64,000 nt of DNA, taken from the NCBI RefSeq assembly GCF_006345805.1, contig NC_042998.1:135408001-135472000 (forward strand). Direction: 5' to 3'. Numbering within the stretch: the stretch's first letter is position 1; the number at the start of each line of letters is the position of its first letter. The notes below the pieces were generated by a model, which made no database searches, was not told the DNA's origin, and saw only the letters and a list, made by a program, of their open reading frames with translations. Origin of the DNA: Octopus sinensis (taxonomy: Eukaryota). The position numbers were made by a program, and so were the translations under genes. Positions 39,350 through 52,035 of the stretch are shown piece after piece.

Positions 39350-39407
<58 letters not shown>

Positions 39408-39521
39408 ATCCAAACAAGGAAACACAGAAAAAAAGAGAAAAAAACACAGCAACGCAGGACGTGGAACAATTAAAGTATTATTGACGCTCAGGAAAGAAGG
39501 GAAGGAGGGAAGGATATATAT

Positions 39522-39555
<34 letters not shown>

Positions 39556-40632
39556 CACACGTGTATGTATGTATGTATGTATGTATGTATGTATGTATGT
39601 ATGTATGTATGTATGTATGTATGTATGTACTTTATGGTTTGGCCTTGACAAAACGAGACTAGAAACCTGTTGTTAAAAGTCAATATACTTATTCTTTAGA
39701 GAAAATCGCCAGGTGAGTACAGAGCATAGTATGAATTAACGAACGGCAAAAGAATATAAGTCACGATATCAATTTCATTAGCTCACATCTGTTTCTATTA
39801 TAAGAAACGTAGCACTCAAATCTGAGTGCCCGTGCGACCCCTTATTATTTCATCAGAGCCATTTTAAGGAAATGTATGTCTATTGCGGAAAGCAATATAT
39901 GTGTGTGCGTATCTTTGTGTTAGTTCTCACTCCATTTGATAACCATAGTTGGTTTGTTTACGACCCCGCCAATAGGCGGTTCAGCAACTAAGAGTGATAG
40001 AATAAGTACTACATTTAAAAGAAAGAATTAATACTGGAGGTCGATTTGTTTGATTAACACTTTTTAGGAGGTGCCCCAGTATGGTCGCAGTCAAATGATT
40101 GAGACAAGTAAAAGAATAAAAGAATATGTTAATTATTTAATTTAACTCAACTGATTTAAAAAATTTATTTTATTTTCCATTATCCTAGCATTATGAGGAT
40201 GACTGTGAGGAGCTGAAACTGGCATAAAATGGCTGCATAATTGTTTTAAATTTTGGCTCAAAGACAACAAATTTATGAAGATCGGGGTTTGTCGATTACA
40301 TCAAACCCAGTACTTGACTGGCATTTATTTTATTGACACCGAAGGGATATAAAGCAAAGTCAACCTCGTTGGAAGTTCAGCTCAGAACGTAAAGTACTGG
40401 AAGAAGTGCTTCTAAGAATTTTGTCCGACTCTCTAACGTTTCTGCCAGCTCATTACCTCTAGGTGTATTGCAAAAATCGATTTTTCTTGGAACTGCACGC
40501 ATATTGCGTAAAGTACTATCTGTCTGAAGACCTTGTGACTTGACAGACAGTACAAACCTCCAGTAGACACAATGTTTTCAATCCACATCGTCACGATATT
40601 GGAGACTGTGCGTCGTCTTCAATGATGATGAT

Positions 40633-40693
<61 letters not shown>

Positions 40694-43216
40694 TAATAAT
40701 AATAATAATAATAATAATTTCATCAGCAAACAAATGAACAACTGGAAGGCCTCGGGACCAGATGGAGTTCAAGGCTACTGGATCAAAAGATTTGGTGAAT
40801 GTTATGCACAAATAGCTGCGCAACTCAACACTTTGTTAAATACCGACCGAGTAATAGCAGAGTGGTTGACATTTGGTAGGACAGTACTGTGCAAGAAAAA
40901 CATCGAAAAAGGCAATACGGTAGTCAATTACAGGCCGATATCCTGGAAATCATTGACTGGAATACTCGCAGAGTCAATGTACGAACATCTGGGGGAAAAA
41001 ATGGAGTCATGCCATATGAGTAGAAGGGTTGCAAGCGAAAGTGCAGAGGTACCAAGGATCAACTCCTGATAGACAAAACTGTATTGCAAGAGGAGGAAAA
41101 GTAATTTAGCCATGTAATGGATCGACTATCGTAGGGCGTACGATATGATCTTACATTCTTGGATTATGGAATGTATGAACCTATTTGGTATAGCATTGAA
41201 TGTTGAGCGATTGCTTGGAAAAAGTATGGCGAATTGGAGGACGGACCTGACAGCACACGGAAGAAGTTTAAGGACAGTAGAAATCAGGAGGGGCATTTTC
41301 CAAGGGGACTACTTCTCCCCACTGATCTTCAAATTGTACTTGATTCCACTAACACTGATTCTGAGGAAAGCAAAAGCTGGGTATGTATTCAAAAGCCGCC
41401 AACAAAAAGTCAACTATTTGTTATTCATGGATGACCTCAAACTTTATGGCAAAGATGAAGTCCAAGTCAGTTCCCTTGTTGATACGGTGTATACTTTCAG
41501 TGCTGATATCAGAATGGAGTTCGGACTGAGTAAGTGTGGTGTGTTAGTCTTGAAGAGAAGCAAAATCAAATGTATGGACGGGCTAACGATACCGTCGGGG
41601 GAGATTATGAAGCAGATAGAAGAGACGGGCTATTAGTACTTAGGGATTTTGGAAATGGATAAATTTATGGAGAAAGAAATGACAGAAAAATTTAAGGTGG
41701 AGTATTTGCGCAGACTGAGATTGATCTTTAAGTCGAAATTAAACGGATGGAATAAGATTGAAGCTATCAACACCTGGACGATTTCACTCCTTAGATATGG
41801 AGCAGGGGTAATCGCATGGACAGTAGACAAACTAAACAGCTTAGACAGAAAGACAAGGAACTTGCTAACTAGATTTGGGACACTCCATCCAAAAAGTGGC
41901 ACAGACTGTATGTACCAAGAAAAAGAGGGGGAAGGGGACTTATTGGATGCGAACACAGCATTAGAGCAGAAGAAAACAACATAGTATGGTATGTAAAAAA
42001 TGCCACAGAACCGCTATTATTAGAAGTAAGAAAGCCAGGCTTGTGTAGGATGAAAGATTGCAAAGATAAAGCACTTTACAAGAAATTGAAAAGGAATGAA
42101 ACCGAAAATAGCTGGGTAAGGAAAAGAATTCATGGACAATTTCATAGGGATGTTGAAGATAAGACAAACAGAGAAAAAAGATGGCTGTGGATGACTAAAA
42201 ATGATTTAAAACCGGAGACGGAGGCTCTAATCTGTGCTGCCCAAGAGCAAGCACTAAGAACAAACTACATAAAATGCAGAATAGACAACAGAAAGTGATA
42301 AGTGCAGAATCTGTGGACAAAATGGTGAAACCGTATGGCTAATTACTAGTCAATGTACGCCACTAACCCAGAAGGAATATAAGAGATGTCACGACAATAT
42401 AGCAAGGCTTGTCAATTGGACACCTTGCAGAAAGTATAAACTTGACAGAGCAAAAAATTGGTACGACCACAAACCGAAGGCATCATCGAAAATGATAATG
42501 CAAAGATCCTGCGGAATTTTATGATTCAGTTCGACCATGAGATAGAGAATAGGAAGCCAGACATAGTCTTAATTGAGAAAGAAACCAAACTATGCTGGAT
42601 CATAGATATAGCATGCCCAACTGACAACAAAGTATGCGATAAGGAAGAAAGAAAAGTCGAGAGATATGACAGGTTAGCTTAGGATGTGAAGCAGTTGTGG
42701 TCGATGAAAAAGGTGGTAGTAGTACCAATAATTGTTGGAGCACTGGGAACAGTGAGTAAAAATCTTGAGAAGTACATAGAACAAATAGGGGTTGCAATAA
42801 GGGTGGAGCACTTGCAGAAAACAGCACTGCTTGGAACCGCTCGAATACCCCGGAAGATGCTCGAAATATAAGAGGTGTTACCTTAGTTCACTGGCAGTGA
42901 ACAGCTGACACCGTAGTACATCTACAGTGTTACAAGCTGTGCAAAGGCAATAATAATAATAATAATGATGATGATGATGATGATGATGATAATGATGAGG
43001 ATGATGATTTCAAATTTTTGCCTCAAGGGCAGCTTGAGGGAGGGGATTAAGTCGATTACATCGACCTCAGTCCGTAACTGGTACTTATTTTACCACCTCC
43101 GAAAGGATGAAAGGCAAAGTCAGCCTCGGTGGAATTTGCTATCAGAACATGAAGACGGACGAAATGCCGCTAAAGATTTCGGCTGGCGCACTAACAATTC
43201 TGTTAGCTCACTGCTC

Positions 43217-43280
<64 letters not shown>

Positions 43281-44178
43281 CAACCCCTGGTGTACACGTT
43301 TTAATATTAATTAGTAAGAATAGAAGGGGCACCCTCAGTGGCTTTTGTAGATCTCCTATTCTGAAATAACAACACTACTAATATTAAAGAGACACTATCA
43401 TTTACTAGGCAGCTGCGATATCGATTACATCACTCAAGTGTTTACAATAAACACAAACAACAAAAGAAGATAAGTACATTATTTTGACTGACTATTTTGG
43501 CGAAGCGTAAACGATTACAGCAGAAACAGCGGGAAGGATAAATGTCTTTTAGGATACTCGATATTATGTTGAAATATCATATGGCAAAGATATTGCATAG
43601 AAGTAGGTTAAAAGAGAAGACAAACACATTTCTTGAATACACTCCGTGACAAAACATAGTGAATGACTTTTTAACGGGTTCGAATTTGAACTGGGGACAA
43701 GTTTGTATATAGGCGGCGAGTTGGCAGAAACGTTAGCATGCCCGGCGAAATGCTTAGCTGTATTTCGCCCGCCGCTATGTTCTGAGTTCAAATTCCGCCG
43801 AGGTCGACTTTGCCTTTCATCCTTTCGGGGTCGATTAAGTAAGTACCAGTTACGCACTGGCGTCGATATAATCGACTTAAACCGTGTGACTGTCCTTGTT
43901 TGTCCTCTCTGTATTTAGCCCATTGTGGGCAGTAAAGAAATAGGTATTTCGTCTGCTGTTACGTTCTGAGTTCAAATTCCGCCGATGTCGACTTTACTTT
44001 CCATCCTTTCGGGGTCGATCAAATCGCGCCATTTGTTTCTGCACCGGACCACAGCTTTAAGTTGCTAAGTTTACATTTATATATCATTGTATACAATGAT
44101 TCTTTAGTATGACGTTATTGAATATTTTCAGCAACAGTTGTATGTGGGTGTTTCCTCAGGTGGAATGCCATCAAGCAC

Positions 44179-44225
<47 letters not shown>

Positions 44226-45296
44226 ACACACACACACACCAGACATAATGCAGATACATCTATCACCGAAAGGCAAATTAGCCGCAGTATTCATCCGGAG
44301 GTAGTCTCTCTTATATACGTGCAGTGTTTAAAACGCAAAATATATATCAATAGCAGGCCAAAATCGTCTAGCAGCGGCGTAAAAATGCTCGACGCGCCTT
44401 TCTGCGTCATTGAGCTTTGCCATTAGCATGTACTCAATGACAACCGCATGCTAAGACAAAATATATCGCTGTATGTATGTATGTATGTATGTATGCATGC
44501 ATGCATTTCATATATTGAATATATTATAAGTGCATATTATTATTATTATTATCATTATTATTATTATTATTATTAATTATATACATTACTTTTCCATAAC
44601 GGCCAATTTACAAATCGGTTTTATAGTAGGAGCTGAGAGGAGAAAAAAGAAAAGTAAAAAGCCGATTGTCACCAGAGAATGCCGAAAGAAATGGTTTGGC
44701 ATGGTCTTCTTGCCATTGGAGATTTGAAAAAAAAAAAAAACTGGAACGAAATCGCCCAGGTTAAAATGTGGGGAGAAAAGTACTTTTTAGTTCAATGAAG
44801 TTACGTCCTTTGAATTATGAGATAAAATGGCTACCACTGTATGGGACATATGTATCTGTTGAGTGGGGTTGTGGGCGGGATGAGGAGGACAGGGTGGAGT
44901 TGAGATGTGTAGCTGAGAGGGAGATAGAGGAGAAGTAGTGGTCATAGTTGTATATGTGGAAAAGGGCCCACACCATGCCATTCCTTTCGGCCTTTTCTGA
45001 TGATTGCCAGTGTATTTCTCAACTTCTGGCATAAAACCAGTTGGTGAATTGGTCATTATGGAAATATACTATTGTATTTTATTAATATTCGTATATCGAC
45101 TCTATTAATAAATAAGGACCTGTTTTTTGTGACTGGGCTTTTAGACCCTTCATTGAGGTTCTAGTCTTTGTGGAGTTGATTCTTGTCTTCGTGGAGGTTC
45201 TTGTTTTCTTGACTTATGATGGTTTTGTTGCAAGTGTGTGTGTGTGTGTGTGTGTGTACGCGTATACATACATACATACATACATACATACATACA

Positions 45297-45328
<32 letters not shown>

Positions 45329-45470
45329 CGAGTGTGATAGAACTAATAATGTACGGATTGACTTGTCATATGGCTGGACAGTAAGCTTACAGTTCCGTGA
45401 ACATAAAGAATGTGAAGAGCAAAGAGAGAGGTAATACAGGAGATGAATAGAGAATAGTTGGTATCTAAGG

Positions 45471-45504
<34 letters not shown>

Positions 45505-48500
45505 GAAGAGAGAGAGGAAGAGAGAGAGAGAGATAAAACAATGTTGTTTGAGATGAACTAGATAGAGGAAGTCCTGTCAAGGTCATTGAATTAGGGCGGT
45601 TTTTAAGAAGAGGTGAGAAGCAAAAGAGAATGTAGGAGGAGGAGGTGAAAAAAAGAGGCTGTTAAACTGTCTGAATTTCTCAGCTGTAATTACTTCGGTC
45701 TTTTACTTGCTGACATTTTCAACTGATTAACTAATTTGAATTAATTTCAAGTCAGTCTTTTAGAAGTTTAATTTGGTCAAAAATAGAATGTTTCTTGAAA
45801 ACCGCGTACATTGTCCAATTCATAGGGGTTTTGAATTGATAATACTTTACAAATTATTATCATACTAGACTACCCGTGACCCGTTGGGTCACAGGGAGTG
45901 TCTGAGTTTCCTAGCAACGGAGTTTTGTTTCGTGAGTTTTTGTTTCTTTTCCAGGTTATTTCGCACGTGTTCAACAAATGTAACATCGAAATCACGCGTA
46001 AACGCTTCCTTTTCCCAGAAAAGGAAAGATTTGGCTGCTATTTCTTGTACGCCCTGATACTACATAACAAGTATTTCAGGTCCTTTATCTCAAATAGCAG
46101 TTTCGTGGTAGCAGGACATGCTAGAAATTGTCGCCAAATCTTTGGAGGTGAGAGATACGTTGAATGCATTCGAAAAAAAAAAAAAACCTATGGAAAAAAG
46201 AAAGGATTTCACAATGAGGTTACGAACGGGTCTTTTACGAAATATTTACCGTGTTTTAAAAGTCATTTTCACTTTTAAATATTTTTTAAATATGCAAAAA
46301 AAAAACTTTTTGTAATGGTATTCACTTGAAAATAATAAAAAAAATAAACATTAAAATATTGTCTGTTTAAATAAAGCTAAAATATAAGTACTTGCTGTAC
46401 AAACAATTTACATTTTTGAAATTACATTCACTTAAAAATATTTACAAATGATTAAAATATTGTATTTAACAAAAGCGAAAATAGAAACACTTTATGTAAA
46501 AAACAAATCGTATTTTTTCGTTGTTAAGTCATTGTGTCTAATCGAAAGGTAAAAGTTTCTTCCCTTTCAGGATTAAGTTATTTTCGGAAAATTTTCCCAT
46601 TATGCACCGATTTGGGTATTTATACCCCCGAAAACCCCGAATATCTCAACAACCAGTTGTCCGATTAACGCGAAACTTGTTTTATTCCGTTCATATTCAC
46701 ATTTCAGGGGCAACTTAATTCATAGTATTTTCCCATTATGCGCCAGTTTGACTGGGTAACATTGCAAGCAAGCAAGATTCAAACTCACTTTTAATGTATT
46801 ATAGAGATTTACTGCAGAAAAAAAATGTCTTACGTTCTGTGTTCAAAACACATCGTGTTAGCATTGCTTTTATTCATCCTTTCGGGATCGATAACATATA
46901 GTACCAGTCAAGTACAAGAGCCGATGGTATTGACTTACTCAATCTCCTCAAATTTGCTGGCCTTTTGCCTGAATCAGAAATTATAATTAACATGCAGCAA
47001 CCAGTGACTTATAGATCCCGGTGTTTCTGCTGTGTCACTTTGAATAGCTTTACATCATCTGCTAACAAGCTGCGCACCATCCCCACTTGAACTTACCAAC
47101 ATCAGGGAACTAACTATAAGAAGGAATTTAACCGATATAGGGGTTTCAAGGCCTGGAATGCTAAGAAGGAGTCCATGAATATTTCACGGAGCCTATCCTA
47201 AACCTCCCCCTGCCACTAAAAGAAAAATCAGAGCCCACTTAATTTTTGAAAAGAACTCTTCACCCTGTTGGTGGGGCCTCAAAAGCAGAATTGTTCTTTA
47301 CAAAATGTCTCTAGGAGGCCCTTCTCAATTTAAACGCCTCTTCCCTACATCATCCCTCTCGTTTTTCACCACATCAAACTCTACACTAAACACTTATCTC
47401 GATTCATTTTATACGGTTCTACAACCGCGCTGGACGTCCTCCCTGTCCATGTTATCTTACAGACAACATATACAATATATAATCTGAGCATCAACTTCAT
47501 CAATCACACTAGTATGGGTTCATGTTATTATGGTCGTGAGTGCTACCGTTTCTCTGAATAAAGATTTCTCATGTAACAACAAAACCAACAATTTTGAGGA
47601 AGTTTATCGTCGATTGTATCGATCTCTTGACTGGTATTTATTACACTGATTACTGAAGATGAAAGGTAAAACCTATGGGATTTGAACTTAGAACGCAAAG
47701 GGATGTAACTAAACATCACAGACCCTTTTCCCCACTCTCTAACGATTCTGTCAGTCCACTGCTCCTTCTCCGATTAAACGTTTCTGATTAAGTACAAGTC
47801 TAACAATTTTGAGTGGGGTGGAAGCTTAGTCAATACCATCAGTTTCCGTATTTGACTGGTACTTATTTTATCGACTCCATAGGGATGAAAGGCAAAGTGA
47901 ACCTCGGCGGAATTTGAATTCAGAATGTAAAGAGCCGGAAGAACTATCGCAAAGCAGGTTTTTCCGAATTTAAAGATTCTGCCAGTTCGCTGCCTTCTTT
48001 TTCCATTAAACAACAATACAAATACTGAGGGTAATGACAAGATTGTCCATATCATTTGTCTCAATATATTGCTGATTTTTGGTGTTAAGACTATAACCTG
48101 TTGTATAAATATAATTTTTAATGAGTCATCTGTTTTTGATCTTGCTGTTGCAGTACAGAGAAGGAAGGATTTGGTTCTCTCTGACCATGCCAGTTTCGGA
48201 AAGTTTCAGTCTGTATTAAAACAACGTATTATTTTGTTAGTCTTCTTTGTTAGTTTTTGTTCAATGTATTCTCTTTATCTACCTTAGTCTTCCTTCAAAT
48301 TGTTTGTCGTGAGGTGCAGCATCTAGCTGACAGTATGTCGTGTATATAACGTTTTGAGTTGTCAAGCCAGAATTCCATAGTTCGAGATAGAATGTGAAAC
48401 TAACACCACCAACGCCACAACCACTATCACCATCACAATTACTGCTGAAGGCGTCATACAGAAATGTATAAAGTGGGAAATAGAAATTAGTAATATTCAG

Positions 48501-48682
48501 AGCATTTAACGAAGGCTTTTGTGACATGAGTCAAAAATGCTGCTACACTTCAATCAAAACTTATATCGCACGAACCAAGAAAGCTTCAACTTTGACAATC
48601 AACCGACAAGAAAAAGGCAATCAATTCCCATTTAAATCACAGCTTATAGAGTTAAATATAGACATGGTAAATTAGTTAATGT

Positions 48683-48721
<39 letters not shown>

Positions 48722-51700
48722 CATATGGGAGAGTCATGGTTGGAGTGTCTTTCATTATAAGTCTGCTGTTCGATCAAGATAGATCAGAGGTCATGCCCGT
48801 CGCTAAGTGGGTGCACTGGATTGGCACTTCCTCTTCACTAATCAATGGTGCACCTTCATATTTAGAAAGTACAGTTTACAAAAGTACGGTTTACAAAAAT
48901 TAGTGCCCACCCAGAATATTCTAAAGTACTTATCGTAAACCTCACCTCTTCTGCGTACGAATCAACGAGTTCGTTGTATTTTCTACAAATCAAAGTTGGA
49001 TTATTTGTTAGTTTGCATTTGTTAAAACAAGGAGCAGATTTTCTGTAGTTGACTGGGTAAAATTCTCAATGACATAGCTCTGCTGAGATCACTTTTGTAT
49101 TTTGTTTGTAAAGTAAATATATTCTTAGTTTAAGAGATTTTCCTAAACGTTTGCTAGGAAATCCCGACATCCGGTAAACAGGCGGTCACTATTAGCTGTC
49201 AGAAAGAGTAGCTGGGTGGTATTACGGTCGATTTAGATTAACTGTTGAAGGAAAATCGATATTAAAAACAAATAAGATTTAAGCATCGTAAAATATGATA
49301 TATCATTGACCCTCAATATTGGTTCGATTCTCTTCTTTAGTTCGTTTCAGTTATTTGGTTGAATGTTGGAAAAGTCATTAATATTACCCGGTTCCACTTC
49401 TCCCATTTTACTAAGCGTCAAATTCATTATTAAACTGGTTTTAAATTTTGGCACAAGGCCAGCAATTTCAGGGGAGGGGTGAGTTGATTACATTGACCTC
49501 AGTGCTCTACTGGTATTTATTTTATCGACCTCGAAAGGGATGAAAGGCAAAGTCAACCTCGGCGATATTTGAACTCAGAACATGCAGACAGACGAAATGC
49601 CGCTAAGCATTTTGTTAACGATTCTGTCAGCTCGCCGCCTTAAAGTCATTATCAAATTAAAAATTAAATTGAGGTGGTGGACATAGCCGAGATCACAGAG
49701 TAGAAGTGTAAATATTTCATTAGATGCAAACAGGATGGATACATTTCTGTATTTAAGAGATGAGGAATTATGTAGGTTATTTACATTTGACAGATATTTG
49801 TCCTCATCTTGTTTATTGCTAACACATTTCGGTTGATATACTCTCCAGCCTTCATCAGGTGACTTGGGGAAATTTCGAGCCTGGGTTCTTATTCCCAAAG
49901 TATTTTTCGATGTTATCATTATTATTGGAATCTTGGGGTTAGTAGCCCGCGCTCTTAACCACTACGCTATATGGGCAATTATGGAGTGAATTTTAGGGCT
50001 TATAAATCTAATATTTTCCTATCTTTCCTGACTACCGGTTCCCATATGCTACTCATATCTGCACTCGGTCTGCACTACGAAGAAATGATCAAGGTCAATA
50101 ACAATCTATTAAGCAACAACTACCCCCCAAAACATACTATCCCCTCCAATTATGAAGAAAAGAGGGGATGAAACCAATAAACTGTCCACAATCTGTCTAC
50201 TCTATGTAAAAGGCCTCTCCGAAAATATACAAAAGATATGCGGCCCATATGACATCAGGACAGTATTCAAGAGTAATATAACACTTCGCAAATATCTCAT
50301 TCGATTAAAACTTCCAATAGAAGAGAATATGACCAAAGACTGCGTGTATTCCATCCCATGCAGCTGTGGTAGGTTATACAAAGGCGAAACATGCCGCCCC
50401 CTAAAAATAAGGGTAGACGAACATCGCAAAGCTGTGACACGAGGAAATATTGATAAATCGGGTATAGCTGATCATGTATGGAAAAATGGAGACTACCTTC
50501 CCTGTGGGATGAAGTTAAAATAATAGAGAGCACCACTGGAAAATACGAAAATTAAAAGAAGCAACACATATGCTAGGACACAACAACCTACTAAACAGAC
50601 TGAGTGCAGATATGAGTAGCATAAGGGAACCGGTTTTAAGGAAGGATAGGAAATTAGTAGATTTATAAGTACTAAAATTCACTCCATAATTGCCCACGGA
50701 ATTAGTAGTGGTTAAGAGCGCGGGCTACTAACCCCAATTAATTCCGAGTTCGATTCCAAGCAGTGACCTGAATAATAATAACATCGAAAAATACCCAAGA
50801 CACCTGATGAAGGCTGGAGGTTATATCAGCCGAAACGTTGTGTTAACAACAAACAAGATTAGGACAAATATCCGTAAAATGTAAATAATGTAAACAGGAT
50901 GAACTTGTACATTTCCATTCCATCTTGTCCCGGGTCCATACAGGTATCAGTTATTGTTTAACCCTAAGTCAGCCTTATTCTGGCAAACTTTTGATCAAAA
51001 GCGTTTCAATCACGACAATCCCATCAACTTTGTCTTTAAGGGACTTATTTGAACAATGTAACCTTCTATTTTTTTAAAGACTACCGCGTAGCGTATGATT
51101 AGAAGAAAATTTGGCTGCTATTTCTAATTGGGTGAATGACAATATACATAGTTGTGAACTTCATGGAGTGGAAGAGAATAGATTTAGAGGTGGTTTACCG
51201 AGTGCGGAGTTGGATGGAAAGCGGACAGCGAAGGTGGAAGCTTTCTCTGCAAGAATACTGCTCATAGTCCATCACGATTGATAAGTGGAGAAAAGTGGGA
51301 TTCCGCGAAGTTAGGTGACATCCTTTTCGACCAAAGAATCATCTGCAGTTTTGGAGAAGATTGAGGACCCCACAATGCACAAAGGTACTCATCATTGTTC
51401 GTTATTTACCCATACCACAAGATTTACGGTGTTGGGTGAGTGCGATCCTATATCTAAGAGTGGGCGATTTTCCTCATTGTAATCTTAAGTGATCTAAAAA
51501 AGATAAGATGGTCACCATAGGTGACCACCGCGTTTATGATGGTCCCGAATAGTATTCCTTCGGTTATGGATCTATTCAAATCAGAGTTGATCTGGGCCTA
51601 AACAAGCACAACAACAACAACAACAACAGGTTTCATTTGGTTTGATCCCAGATTATCATCAGGTGTCTTTTTTACCTGGTTATGTACACGATACCCAATT

Positions 51701-51941
51701 GAATTCGAAGTAGGAACGTTTTTATTTACCAAACTAAGCCTAGTGATGTTCTTATCCATTATGCAACTGACGCATCGGAACAGGCGTAGGAGTGGCTGTG
51801 TGGCAAGTAGCTTGCTTACCAACCACATGGTTCCGTGTTCTGTCCCACTGCGTGGCACCTTTGGCAAGTGTCTTCTACTATAGCCTCGGGCCGACCAAAG
51901 CATTGAGTGGATTTGGTAGACGGAAACTGAAAGAAGCCCGT

Positions 51942-52035
<94 letters not shown>

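Noticed and set aside
48946-49055. Minus-strand exon-like segment [35 protein letters not shown] with a GTGAGG donor
   Set aside because: Its phases (1/0) do not fit between CRISP-like exons 1 and 2 (2/2), and there is no other support.
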